In this document: piece after piece, positions 13,541-27,139 of the stretch
Layout: the number at the start of each line of letters is the position of its first letter
Numbering within the stretch: the first letter of the stretch is position 1
Source of the DNA: Okamejei kenojei
Taxonomy: Eukaryota
Reading direction: 5' to 3'
Length of the DNA stretch: 64,000 nt
Assembly: GCA_035221665.1 (NCBI GenBank)
Contig: CM069147.1
Span: 17,794,001 to 17,858,000 of the forward strand
Program-made: the position numbers and the translations under genes
The notes under the pieces: model-generated
Seen by the model: the letters and a program-made list of their open reading frames with translations, nothing else
The model's database searches: none
What the model was told of the DNA's origin: nothing

Positions 13541-14195
13541 TGTAAGAGATAGTCAAAGTCATTCTACCAGGCAAAAGGAATTCTGGAAAATATGCCACGT
13601 AGAATGAAAACATTTAAAGTTGTCCTCACAACAATTTGGCAAGACCTGGAGGCACTGGACAGTCCGAGCACACAAGCGGGAGCTGGTCTGCCTCCTATGT
13701 GATATATTTATATTTAGTGCACGTGTTCCGGGTGTTTGAATGAACCAATGCATCCGGCCCCAATCATGGAGACATTTCAGCGGATCCCAGAATTTGGAGA
13801 TACCCAATGTTCTTTCCAATTCTTCCAGTAGGACATTCTGTTTGATGTCTTGCCAAGAGAAATCTTTCTACAATTTCCCTCCTTTAATTCCCTAACTTAT
13901 TTGTTGTCAGGCTGTGAGGACCAGCAGTGTGTCAGCACCGACTCTCCGACCCCAGCTGCCCTGGAGATGTTGACAGTGTGCCTCCATCGGCTCACATTAC
14001 AAAGGTCTCACAACAGCGCAGTCGGAGTTCCACTATGTTGGCACAGTGACAAGGAAGGAGTGCCGAAAGCTCGGCAAATTTTGATGAAGCCTGCTGAATA
14101 TTCTGGCTGTGATCCAACATCCCCTCATTTATTATGGATTGTGAATCGTTCTTCCAAAATCAGGAATCAGATTATTTTCCTATCAGATCCAATTA

Positions 14196-14343
14196 ATTGG
14201 TCCCAGCAGTAGTGAAATGTCCCCGTGTACTCTCTCATTGGTCCCAGCAATGGTGAGGTATCCCCCTTTACTCTCCCATTGGTCCCAGCAGTGATGTGTC
14301 CCCTGTACTCTCGCATTGGTCCCAGCAGTGATGTATCTTTACT
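14196..14343. repeat. Minisatellite, ~41-bp unit x3.6 (attggtcccagca...gtactctc.c)
   Basis: Units start at 14196, 14237, 14278 and 14315. Confidence 0.85.
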
Positions 14344-14624
14344 TTCTGTCTTTTGATAGTTGATCTATTTTTAATTTGACACAAAGGAAAACTCTATTTC
14401 TCAAAATGATCTGACAACTGTGTTTTGGCAAAAGTTGATAGTCATGTCTCACTCTTGCCATGCACACACTGTATAATGTATTTCATTGCTGTTGGACTAT
14501 CTTGTGCCTTCCTGTATATAAGGGCACTCTAATACAGAGGTGGAAATTCTCTCCACTTGGCGCTACCTGAGATGAAGGGAGGAATTGAGTGTGCTAATCC
14601 CTCTAAATGGCAGCCGCATTACCT

Positions 14625-15095
14625 TAATGGGGTAGACAGTCAGAATCTATTTCCCAGGGTGGAAATATCAAATACTAGAGCACCTAGCTTGAAGGTGAGA
14701 GGGGCAATGTTTAAAGGAGATGTGCGGGGCAAGTTTTTTTACACAGAGGGTGGTGAATGCCTGGAACACACTGCCAGGGGAGGTGGTGGAGCAGATACGA
14801 TAGTGGCATTTAAGAGATTTTTGGGTAAGCACATAGATATGGAGGGATATGGATTATGGGCAGCTAGATAGGGGTTGGACTCACTAGGCAATAGGTGCAG
14901 GAGTAGGCCATTCGACCCTTCGAGCCAGCACCGCCATTCAATGTGATCATGGCTGATCATCCTCAATCAATACCCCGTTCCTGCCTTCTCCCCATGTCCC
15001 CTGACTCTGCTATCTTAAGACTTGGCATCATGTTTGGCACATTGTGGGCCAAAGGGTCTGTTCCTGTGCTGTACGGTTTTAGGTTCTATGTTCTA
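14625..15095 (+). mobile_element. CR1-type LINE 3' end, interrupted by an antisense CR1 3' tail (~14890-15018)
   Basis: GVDSQNLFPRVEISNTRA..LKVRG..FKGDVRGKFF plus a (ttcta)n tail. The nested fragment begins aataggtgcaggagtaggccattcg. Confidence 0.8.
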
Positions 15096-15639
15096 ATGAT
15101 AAAATGATCATCTGATGCTGTCCTTGCTTTGCAAATTGGCTGGAATAGTAATGTACAACAGATTGCAACTAATCTCAGTGTGTTGACTCAAACACAGAGT
15201 GTTGGTGAGATTGCAGAAAGGCAGGGGAGAATCACACGAGGAAGGAAAGAATGGAAGGCTTGAGTTTATATGAAGCCTTACAAATCTCATAATAAAACGC
15301 AAAAAAAACTACAGATGCTGTAAATCTGAAATGAAAACAGGAAATTCTGGAACCACTCTGCAGGTCAGGCAGCATCTATGGAAAGACAAACAGTGAACTT
15401 CCCAGTGAACTTTCATCAGAAATGTTTTTATTTTTTAACAATTTCATTGATTAGTATGGGTGTCAGGGGTTACGGGGAGAAGGCAAGTGAATGGGGTTAA
15501 GAGGGCAGGATAGATCAGCCATGATTGAATGGTGGAATAGACTTGATGGGCCAAATGGCCTAATTATGCTCCTATTACTTATGAACATGATGCCCCAAAA
15601 TGTTTCAGATAATCATGTAATTTTAAAGTGTGATCATTG

Positions 15640-15935
15640 CTTGAGTGTAGGAAATGCTAACGGCCAGTCATCTCTCATTCTTTCATGATATTGGATGGGG
15701 ATTAAATATCGAATGGGACATTGGGATAAATTCACAATCTCCTCTTTGAATGGAGCCATGGTTTCCCATGTGGCAAACAGAGAAGGCCTCAGTTGTATCT
15801 CTCATTAAGAAGGTAGTATCTCCAGAAGGTTGCATCTCTTTCCCTCGGCACTAGACTGCAGATTTAACCTGGATAAACTAGTCATGCAACCCGGGTTAAA
15901 CCATCAGATCCCACTCAGTACAACCACTGAGCCAT
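15640..15935 (-). mobile_element. Old Deu-domain SINE (AmnSINE/SacSINE-like); second copy ~52790-53055
   Basis: Recalled similarity to the reverse-complement Deu domain: taaatattggccaggacacc..ggagaact...gccatgg...ggcctc.gttta..tctcat..gaaag... Confidence 0.5.
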
Positions 15936-16477
15936 GTGTTTGATAATGTTGGGTATCTGTGCAACCTGCACTTGGCGGGACAAATGATACTCTCAGCGTA
16001 CGCAGGCAAGGGACCTGTTTCCAGATGGTTATATGATTGGATTTTATGTTTAATAGAGAAAATAAAAATCTAAATGCCAGCAGCTCTCATGTCAGTACAA
16101 GAGTCATTGGCGCAAATTGTCCCAATCAGTGGCAAATGGTGCACGACACTGATTCCCCAGAAAGAACTAACGTTCTTTATAGCGTTTGGCTTCATCTTTT
16201 CCATGTTGATTGGTATCAAATCTCAGCCTTAGGGCCCTTTTGAGATCCAGCAATGGTGATATTATCCACAGACTGAACGGCCAATCCTATGGAAGGATTC
16301 TCACCTGTAAACCAGGGAAGTAAAAACTTCAACTACTGAGTATTAAATAAAGACTTGTGTGCACATGCATTGTTAAGCTAGAAGTTTTTTTTTAATGTAA
16401 TTTTTATTAAAGGAATGTTGAAATAATTGTGAGGCTGCGACAATCAACACAGATAAAACATGTTAAGATGAGGGAGG

Positions 16478-16577
16478 GCACACAAGAAGCTGGAAGAATT
16501 CAGCGGGTGCAGCAGCATCTAAGGAGCGAAGGAGATAGGCCGAAACCCTTCTTCAGACTGATCTGAAGAAGGGTTTC
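16478..16577 (-). mobile_element. Short PLE-derived insertion with 14-bp TSD taagatgagggagg
   Basis: TSD at 16464-16477 and 16578-16591. Ends in a perfect 16-bp hairpin, gaaacccttcttcaga/tctgaagaagggtttc. Confidence 0.85.
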
Positions 16578-17139
16578 TAAGATGAGGGAGGTTGTTAAGC
16601 AGTAATTACAACATGGTATGCCAAAAATTCACATGCCTTATGCAACAACATGTAACATTTATGGGGGAGACAGAATTTTCAATGCCAAAAATACTTTGTA
16701 AGTACCCAAAACACTCATTATTCTGTTGAATTTTGATGATTATACGGGAGAGGCCTGCAAGGCAGAGTACCCCACAGAGAAACAGTGAATATCTGGCAAC
16801 AATATTTGGATTTCCATGCCTCATTACGAGGTCACATATTCCAGAGGTTGCTGTCAGAATTGCACCATTAAAACTGCAACCACTAATCTCGCACTGCTGT
16901 TCCTCCTGGCTATCTCCTGGCAATCATTCTCTAACAGAATGATGTCCAGGCACTGTTAATGGCGGTGAATATTCCAACTGTACCATTAGTACAGGCCGTG
17001 AGGACACGTGGTGTTCCAATTTAAAATATAATTGAGAAAACCATGCAGATTAACAACTGATGAGGAATGTCCAAGGACTGCAGAATCAACAAGGCAGACG
17101 ACTCTGATGCAATAACATGGTGAACTGTGTAGATATAAA

Positions 17140-17700
17140 ATCTTACACTACGGAAAATCCCTTTAGGCCATTGAATCTGTGCCAGTCATCAAGAATCTTC
17201 AGTGATAATCCTATCCTTCCCACATTAATGGCAATTATCACCAGACTCTCTGCCTCACCTGCACATTAGGGCAATTTACAGTGAGTGACCAGTTAGCCTA
17301 CCAACCTTTCGGATGTGAGGGCAAACCAGTGAGAGCGTTTTCCCCTGATGCTTAGATTTCCCCCCTCATCTCAAAGATGTGTAGAAAGGTAGGTCAATTA
17401 GACTTTAGGAGGAAACCAGAACACCCAGAAAAAACCCACGTGGTTACAGGGAGAACTTACAAATTCCATACAGACAGCACCTGTAGTCAGTATCGAACCC
17501 TGGTCTCTGGCTCTGTGAGGCAGCAACTCTACAGCTGCACCACCTTGCCGCAATTGACCGCTGTAAATTAACTCCAGAGTTATGAGAATGTGGAGAAAAT
17601 GTAAAAAATAGGATTACTGTAGGATTAGTGTAAATAGATGCTTGACGGTTGGCAGGGACTCAGTGTGCTGAAAGGCCCGTTTCCATGTTATATCTCTGCG
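17140..17700. mobile_element. Cluster of V-SINE fragments in both orientations
   Basis: Minus-strand fragments at 17140-17330 and 17400-17552. Plus-strand tail at 17555-17700. Confidence 0.65.
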
Positions 17701-20700
17701 ATTCTACAATAAGTCATCTCACAGACCTGCACCAGCCAGTTTATTATATTGCAACTATAAGCCAAGAAGTGACGAGTCAGGTAAAAATGAGACTTATTTC
17801 AGTGATCAGTAAATTAGAGAGGGAAAGGCCGGGGGAAAGAAAGGAAGAGAAAGGGGAGAAGCGAAAGAATACTTGGTAGTAGCTGCACCTGAAAGACAGC
17901 AGTGTTGTTGTTAATCCCTGATCTCTCGTCCCTGAGGTGAAAATATTCAGCAGGTTATCAGGTTCTTATTTCACAATCCCTCCCCCCCCCCCCCCTAAAA
18001 ATAGTCACAGAGCTCACACAGTTGGTGAGTTCACTGGGCTTCCAACCTCCTGAGCAGGCTCAGGGGATTACAATAAAGTGGCACATCAATCTCATTTAAT
18101 GGATTGTTATCATATTAATTGAGCTTTTGAGGCTGTTTTGGAATTGTAATGTCTACGGGCAATGGCTCATTTGTGATAGCTTGCCTGACGTTTGGTGGGA
18201 CACAGATTTAGAGTGTAATTTAAGTGCACTTCAGTGATCTGCTGTTTGTTACCCCCTCACCCATAACACGTTAGGGGGATAATTACCCAGGGTAATGTGG
18301 AAATGTTGTATAATGAATTAACCTTGGACAAGATGAGAATTGGGCCTCTGTAGGGCCCAGCCATACAAGTGTGTTTCTCAACAGTGTTTATCGTGGCCAT
18401 TATGATGTGGTGGGGAAACTGGGACCTTAACTATTCAAATATCACCAGATTTGAAGGAAAATGTGATAATGCAATGAAAAGGACTTTTAATTCTGGTTTA
18501 GCCATGGCAACAGTGAATTCGCAAAGAAAATTAATTAGGGCATTTGACCACTACACCGAGTGCAAAGTGTGGTCGTCTCACTGGCGGGCCCAGTTGTGTT
18601 TGTACCAAAAACATTTCTATTTAGACACCTGATTCTGACATTGAATTACGTTTTTAGCGCTGGGGGGAGTTTGCCCATTCTCCTGCTATTCCGCTATTCC
18701 TCACTCATGAGATGGAATCAGCTTGCTGGTAAATGAGCTCCAACTAATTCTTCCTCTGCTCGAAGTAACTTGTGACTTACTACTTTGGGGCTAATGCACT
18801 TCCCATTCATATCTATAGGTCTGATTGGGTTAAATATCTCCAAACAGTCAGCTCCAGCTGCAAAGTTTGTTCTATATGATAGGTTAAGCCGATTAACATC
18901 TTCCTTTTACAGATAGTGGGATCACCTTTTTCCCCCTTTATGAGGTATATTGTTCCATTCCTCATATTTGTGTTACCTGGGCAAGAGGGAGATGAATGAT
19001 CCTCCCCCACAGCTCAGCCATCCTGAAGACGGGTATGGTGATGGGACCAACCCTTTTAATATATCTCTTCACTCCCCACAAGAGAACTCTCAAGCTTTGC
19101 TCAATACATGTCCAGGGCAATAATGCTGTTGGTGGTGGGCCAGGATGCTGATTTTAACACTGTGGCACTAACTACTCATTTAGGAACACCACATACAAAG
19201 TTATTCTGTGTTGTTTCAGAGGCTCCAAAGTTGGTACTGGTTTCCATATCACCATCTTGGCAATGTGCTTTGAATTTTTCATAACTACAGCAATGACAAT
19301 GTATTGAGCTGTGCTCGGTGCTGCTTCCACATTAATTCTCCTCAAGTCCAATAGATTGGACGTGTTTAGTGGAAAGATGGTTTGTGATGGCCACATCAGA
19401 ATACTGTACATTGGAATGTTTCCATAGTAGAATAATTAGCCTCGTTGAGGAAAGTCTGCTGCAGATATGATTGTGTATGAATCTTTTAATAAAATGCCAG
19501 GAATCAGCATGCCAGGTACTTTCTCAAAAAGCCTGTGCGTATTGTAAGTCAATGCAAGATAGAACACATCTTGTCCACACTGTAACCTAACTCTATTTAC
19601 GGTTCTGAGAGGATGCTGCAAACAGCACAGGTTGATTGATGTGTGCACACTGAAAGCTCTTAGAGATAAGTAGCAATTCACCTGTGAAATAAAGAGCAGC
19701 AGTGTAAGTAGATTCCTCCTCTCCAACGGCAGCCCTGCAGTGTAAGGCTCTGGAATAATTAATGCTCATAGCAGAGTAAATGAGTAATTTACTGTTGATG
19801 TCACTCAGTGATAACATTGTGCTATCAGGTGAAAGATAGAACTACATCCGAGTGAAATCTTACTGGGATCTTTGGTTCAACATGATTAAGAATTGTACTT
19901 AGCAAGCTCTTTCTGACTCTATTGTGGAATCTGGACGTGGTCTGTTGGGATGAAGACTGGATGAGAGCTTTATGAATGTTATAGAATGTACAGCACAGGA
20001 GCAGGCCATGGCATTATGGAATTGTACAGTGCAGATTCTGGCTCAGAATAAAGCCCATATCTCATTGATGAACATGAAAGATGACAGAGTACGGTCAGTC
20101 AATCAATAATGCAACATCCTTAAAGGAGAATCAAGTTAGCCCATTCCCGGGGTCTCTTCTCACAGTCCCTAATCTTCTCTTCACCCACATTTATTCAATT
20201 TACTTGCAAAAGTTAGTATTCAATCTCTGCCCACAAACAAACCAAATTGTGCAATCCAAAGCCTTTCCATTTGTTTTTTTTAAATCCTCACAAAGTCAAG
20301 GATTTCATAATCTTGTCAATTGCTCTGTTAACTTACTCTACAACTTTCGAGGACAGTCATTATTATTCCTGTTCTTGCATCCCCATTCATATTGTATTTA
20401 CTACCATCTCCACATACTTCCTGATAAGACACCGCAGTTCAACAGGTCGACATAAACATTTACACTCCACTCAAGTCTTCTCACATTCTATTTCATCCAA
20501 ATCTGTTTGATTTTCAAGGGACAGCTATCATCGTCCTGTCTCCCTCAAATGTTGACCTCACTTTACTATAAATGCAAGCTACTCACCTCAACCACAACCT
20601 GCGATAACATCTCCTTACGACAACAAAGGAGGCCCTTTGCTTCAATGGGCCCATTAATCCCATTAATCCCGGTCCCCCATCTCCTCAGTTCTCTCTTGCA

Positions 20701-21054
20701 CATGCCTATCAGCTCCCTTTTGATTGTTTTTGCCATTAAACTGCAGTAAAGGGTAATTTGCAGCAGCTAATTAACCATCTTTTGAATGTGGGAGGAAATT
20801 GAAGTGCCTGGAAGGTATCCACAGGATCACAGAATATGCAAACTCTGCACAGACATCAGCCAGATCCCTGGAGCAGTGAGGCAGCAGAGCTACATGCTGC
20901 ACCCACCAGTTGCGATTTTAACCATTCTCCACTCAGATAACTTTCTCCTGAATTCCCCTTGGATTTATTAGTATTTAGCTTGTTTTTATGCCCTTTAGTT
21001 TTGGATTGCCTCCACTGATAAATTCTTGTCCTCTGTGCATGCTACTTTCAGTAC

Positions 21055-21245
21055 AGTGGTGGCGCAGTGGTTAAGTTACCAGACTAGTTCAGAGACCTAT
21101 TCAAATCCCAGCATACCAGCTGTGGAATTTAAACTCGATTAATAATCTGCGATTGCAAATTCAAAAACTCATTAGGAATAATGACCTAGATCCACTCGAT
21201 TGTGATTAAAAACCCACCTAGTTCCCTTGGGAAGGAAACCTGCAG
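21055..21245 (+). mobile_element. Second tRNA-derived SINE family (related decayed copies ~22680-22900 and ~55040-55250 on the - strand)
   Basis: gtggcgcagtggt A box, ttcaaatccc B box, and ...aaaacccacctagttcccttgggaaggaaacctgc. Confidence 0.55.
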
Positions 21246-21774
21246 CGTACTGAATTCTATCTATCTCCTACTCTCCCACATACACACACGCATTCACGGA
21301 AACCTACAAATGTGTACACAAACACACATGGGAATTGGTGACTTTATTTGGCTTCCATCCTCTTGAACATGCTCGTGGAATTTCAATAAAGTGGCACAGA
21401 AATCTCATTCCAATAGATTATTATTATACTGATAGTGTTTTTGATGCTGTTTTGGAATTGTATTTTTTCCGAAGTGAAAACATGAATTGGAATAGCTTGG
21501 TGTGGATTAATGATATAGTCTTTCACTTGGGTAAGGGATATGCATTCTTATCTGTGTAGGAAGGAACAGCAGATGCTGTTTTATACTGGAAGTAACAGCA
21601 TGCTGGTTGCAGATCTCCTGTCGGGGAAAACTTTTCGTTTTCTCCAGGGATGCTGCATGACCTGCTGAGTTACTCCAGCATTTTATGTCTGCATTCTCAT
21701 CCAGTTTATACGTGACTCCAATCCCACAGCAATGGACAAGTGATAAAGAACTAAAGTTGTTTTTTTGAGATTTG

Positions 21775-22490
21775 GTCTGTCCCACTTAGGCGACTTTTTA
21801 GAGGACTGCTGGAGACTATGCAGTTGCCATATGGTCGCCACATGTTCGCGAGTGGTTGCCGGCGAGTCGCCTTCATGGCCGTGAGGAGTTCCCGCATTCT
21901 GGGATCTAGACGTGGCCTCATTATGGTCACCGTGAATTTTTCAACATGTTGAAAAATTAGCAGCGACCAAAATTAAGCCGCCATGGAGAGTAGCGAGAAT
22001 TCACGTACCGTAGGTAGGTCGCCAAGAGGTCCTACTGGGTTGCCAGGAGGTCAAAGGTTCTCGTAGGTTGTTTCCCAACGAGCCAATGACCAGTGAATTT
22101 CATTGGCTCGTTGAGAAAATAAACAAAAGCAGTAGTTTTCAGAACCAAGGATAACCGACCGGTTATGTTAAATGTCCACCGTGCTTCACAGCCGTGTATC
22201 TCTGGCTTCTTAAAAGTATCTCTGGCTTCTTAAGTTGTCTCCACTCCTTCTCTCTCCTCTCCACCGTTCTCCCCCACTTTCCCCCTCTTTTAAAGGACTT
22301 ACCGTACACTGTGTCTTTAGCCATCTTAATTACAGCGCCAACCTTCCTGTTCATCTTGGTGTGTGTCTATATCTCCTTGGCTTTGCACCGTGTGAATTTC
22401 ACTCAGACAGCGCTTCCCCCGCTGGCCCTGTCCCCCACCTGATAACGGGCTGGTGAAGGAAGCGATGTTTGTGTGTGTTCTGCGACTGTC
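21775..22490. mobile_element. Probable non-autonomous DNA transposon (PIF/Harbinger-like), one end recognisable
   Basis: Begins ggtctgtcccactt, is CpG-rich relative to its flanks, and contains a perfect 24-bp palindrome at 21935-21958. The right TIR was not found. Confidence 0.4.
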
Positions 22491-25400
22491 GCAACTCAGA
22501 AGGTCAGGTATGAATTCTGGAGATCATAGAGTGGTGATGTTTCAGGTTGAGACCATTCTTCAGTCTCAACACAAAACATCACCTATCCATGTTCTTCTGC
22601 TGCTCTGCTGAGTTGTTCGAGACTTTGTGTCCTTTAATGTATTCACCAGCATCTGCAGTTCTTTGTTTCTGCAGTCCTGAGTGGGTGAGAGGACGGACGA
22701 CCTGCCTGAAGGGTCTTAGTGAACCAGAATAGGTTTTACAGCAATTTGGCAGTTTTTGGTCATTGTTAATGATGAGTAGTTTTATATTAGATTCCAGATG
22801 ATTAATTGAATGCAAATTCCACAGCTGTCACACTGGGACTTAAACCCTTGTCCTGGCCTCTCAGTTATTAGTCCCTTTAATTTAACCTCTGCACCACTAG
22901 ACGTATCTGTTCCCAATTATGAAAACCCACACTGGTCGCAACCTCTGACTTCATCACTCTCCCTGGCCACAGTCTGAGGCTGAACTTGTCACGAACTTGG
23001 TATCACAATGAACTTCCCAGCATGGCCACTGGCAAACGGCACATCATGCATGGATTTGATGCATATATAGCTGCTCTCTTTTCCCCAGTCTTACAATGCT
23101 GCAGTCAAGACCAAATCTATCTGACAAGCAGTTAATAAAGATATCATTGACTCCCTTTAGTGTTTCTGCATATTTATTGCTTGTGGTCTTTTCTTCTCCT
23201 TTTGTCAAACTCTCTCTCCTCCGACAGTCTTATTTGGTCTCTGACCTTTTTCCCCTAATTTTCACTCTGCATGTTGGTCTCTCTTTCTCTCCTATCTCCT
23301 AATTTCTAAGTTTTCTCCTTATCTTACCACCATCTCCGTTGACCGTTCAGCCATTTCTGAATTGTCTGTAGGTTGAAGAGATAAAGATTCGCTCCAACCA
23401 ACTGATGGGAAGATGAAGCTGTGTCCCACAAAAGATTCTGGTCCCTAGTCACAGTTCCTCTCACTCTCCCTATAGCTGTCAGAGCTGAGCCATGCTCATG
23501 ACCTTGTGTTCATAATTGACCCCAAAGTTAGATTCTGGTTTCAAACAAGTTCCTTCACTAAGGATATATACTTACACCCCCATTGCTATTTCCACCCTTT
23601 CCTCATGTCTTGCCCATGTTTCAGTGCTGGCCTGGCTACCCATTTTCCAGCTCTCTTCCAGAACTATAGATTTCCATACAAGTGGTGATGTTAAATGGTG
23701 AGGTTAAATTGCATTAACGTTCAAGATAGGTTAAATGTCAAATGTACAGAAACGTAACAGTGAAATTCTTACTTTCAGCAACATAACAAGTCTGCAGATA
23801 ACAACAAACACAAAAAACAGTTCAATAATTTTTAAAAAAACTGCTAGTTCAAAAAGTACAATAGCTCAAAATCTCTATGCAACCAAAACAGTTTGTAGTT
23901 CAAAGTTTAGTTGTTTTTGTACTGTTCAATGGACTGATGGTTATTGGGAAGAACCTGATCCTGAACCCAGAGGTCACTGTTTTGCATAAACGATGGAGAA
24001 TTACTGGATGAACAAGTATTTGTTGATGCTAAACCTCCATACATGGTTGGACTAAGCCTTAAAGCACAGAAGTGATTCCACGTTACAGCACCCTTAGTGG
24101 GGAACAAGTGACACACTGTAAATGGTTAGAGCATAACGCATGATTTTCTGTCCACCGGAATTAACAGAGAAAATGAAGGGCTACAAACTCATTTGTTTGT
24201 CTTCCGTGTGAAGGATTATGGATTGCATTTGCATTCATGGAGTGAAATCATATTACCTTCCCTGACAAGTTCTGCGGGGAAGGGCTTATACTTTTATTAA
24301 TTTCCATCCAGTGTAATAAAATTATTCTTAATATAGCTATATTTTTTGAAAATATTTTGCCATTAATTCTCAAAAGTATAGTCTACAATATTGTCCAGTT
24401 TTATTTATGAAAGCTCTCTTACATCTATCCTGCACAGCCATTTAGATTAGTTGGTTTCATTTTACTGTCCTGGATTTATTGAAGCATGGGCAAGGTTAGG
24501 CACGACTCCGGATCATGGGAAAGGCTGGAATGTGAGATTTTACATTGGAGATGTGTCACTGCATTTTGCAGAGAAGTTCTGAAGGGAATAAGTTTCGTAT
24601 TTCACAATGCTTTCACTGTGAAACCAGATCCACTGGCATTCCAGGGAAAATACACGACATCCTTGATAATAGGAGATTTAAATGTCAGAGAAAAATGTTC
24701 CCATAGAAAGGTGATAGGTGACAAAATAAAATATTATTTGGTAGGCATGGTCAGAAATACCCCGAGGCACGTTAACCGGTGGGGTCCCCCGACCCAGTAC
24801 AATAACACCTTGAAATCAAAACCGTCACATGATTTTACCCCTGGGATTATTACCCCATTCACAACATCATCCTGGAATAGCACTTTAATCATGCACACCA
24901 ACACATGTTTTCACCCTGAGATCATAGCTCCTGTAAGGTCAAACCAAAATCTGACCTACATGCATAATCAGAACTTCCTGAGCATTCTCAGCCTGTGTTG
25001 CACACTGACCCACAGAATCACACAGCCATGAGAAGCCGCATACCCACATACCTTTTACACTCTGTCATTGCAGCATCATGCAGATCGCAAGGTGAGGGCA
25101 CACCGCTGCACAAAATCACAACCAGAGGTCAAGAACCCCACCATCAATCACGTCCTAAGGTCATCTCACCAAGCACAATCAAACCTGATATTGCAACCAC
25201 ATGCAATCAATCACTCGTACAGAATGTACGTCACAGATCCAACAATGTCTTCAATTAGCTAATGGCGAGTTAACCACCACATGCCATTGCATATGATGCA
25301 AGGGAATCTTTAAATGAGTGTGATTAGATTCGACATGGAAAAATCTTTTAAGGGGTCAAAAATCACGAGTCAAGAGTATTTAGTTGTCATATCTGTGTGG

Positions 25401-27139
25401 CGGGAGACGAATTGTAGTGTGGATCCATTCCTGATTGCATAATCTAAGACATCATACCCGCACTACTTATTATGACCGCATTTTGTTAGACTTGAATGTA
25501 AGAGATCTGGTCCTCGGTAAATTGAGGACCTCCTGCTGCAACCAAGGCATCCAAGAGTGTGACTGGGCTGGATACGAGGGAATTATTGAATGATTATTGA
25601 GCTGGGAGTAAATCGTCATGATTAGTGGAGATGGTGAAGGAATTAGCAAATTAATATGATAGGTGTGAATTGATCATTGGGCATCAAACAAAATTGATGG
25701 GAGTGGATTGTCTTTGATCCACCTCTCTCCTCCCCCATGTGGCACACTACCCCCAGGACCATGGTTACCTTTTGCAGCCTAACCGATTCAATCATCTCCA
25801 GGCTTTAAGAAACAAGTGACAACTGAGCCTTAGGTCCCAGAACCTGAGACGCCACCTCCAGATTACCCTAATGGCATTTTGACAACTTTTGCTACCACTA
25901 GCCATTTAATTGCTATTTAATATCCCTAATGATCAAAAATATTTATAAATGGTCCCAAAGGATTAAAATACCTAAAAGAAAAATTAAAAGCAAATGTACT
26001 TGTGAACACAATGATATAAATTCATTAAAAACATTACCATTGAGTAAAAGATAAAAGGAAAAGCAAGCCAATTATATACGATATAATAGAACGATAGAAT
26101 ATGCACATGCCTTTTCAGTCATGTGACTGGTATAAAACTGAGGAGCCAGGAATGAGATGTAAGCATTCTCGTCAGTTTACACCATTGGGTTCCGCACTGA
26201 GATTGGGAATTAGATATTCCAGGACCTGACCTCCTCCATTGTGGTAGAATGTACAGACATGGAAGTAAAGGACATGTTGCCCTCAAAGTACATCTTGTCA
26301 TCTTTCTTTATCAAGCTACCAGCAAGGAATAACTGTGTTCCACCAAAGAGTCTGATTTGATCAGATGTGAATGAACTATTGGATGACTGATTCATTTTGT
26401 CATGATAGATTGAGCATTCTTGTATGTTTGAATAGCATTAGTTGGAAAGGATATGCATCTTACTGGTATTTGTCTCGGTGTACCCAATGGTTACACCGCT
26501 TCGTGGAATTGTCTGGGAATAGCCAAACATTTACTGACTTTGCATCAATAAATCTATCAAGGTTAGTGTGAAATATACATGTTACTTCCTTTAATATTGT
26601 GTTTCTACAACTTAAATCATATCTACTGCTAGTGCAGGGTATGTAAAATAAATTACATAGAATCTATGCACAGCATAATGAACACATAATTGAAATCTTC
26701 GCAGCACAATACCTATTGTCATTTAAAAATGTCTCACCGTGGCCTCGTCAGACTTTCAGTGACAATAAGAGCAATTCTTTTTGACGTGCGAAAATAGGTA
26801 GATGCTTCCTCTATAGAAAGGTGGAAAGATCTTGCCAGGAAAATATCCTCATTGAGTTCATTGTGTGTGGTTAAATAGTACCCCCGTCCAATCTGAGAAG
26901 GTAATTATTGTTATTCACAGATGGCACACTGAGATCAATGGGGAGTTAATTGGCCTTAAATATAGAAAGCAACCTCCACCCCTGTGGTGACCATGCAGAT
27001 GAACATTTCCACTTGCAGCGAGAGAGTTCATCTCCCCTGCATCTGCCTGCGCTGCAGAAAATAAAAAAACATATATGCATGCCTAACCTGCAGTTTCCCC
27101 ATAAACATTGAAGGCCCAGAAGTGAAAGCTTTTCTTAAA

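Noticed and set aside
14196-14343. CRISPR-like appearance (repeated cattggtcccagca with intervening sequence)
   Set aside because: The 'spacers' are homologous to each other, the context is a vertebrate intron, and there are no cas genes. It is a minisatellite.
24486-25031. Longest ORF (181 aa), with IIGDLN resembling a LINE APE endonuclease motif
   Set aside because: I saw no other convincing motif, no splice context and no codon bias. It is probably chance or an unrecognisably old LINE remnant. An HMM search would settle it.
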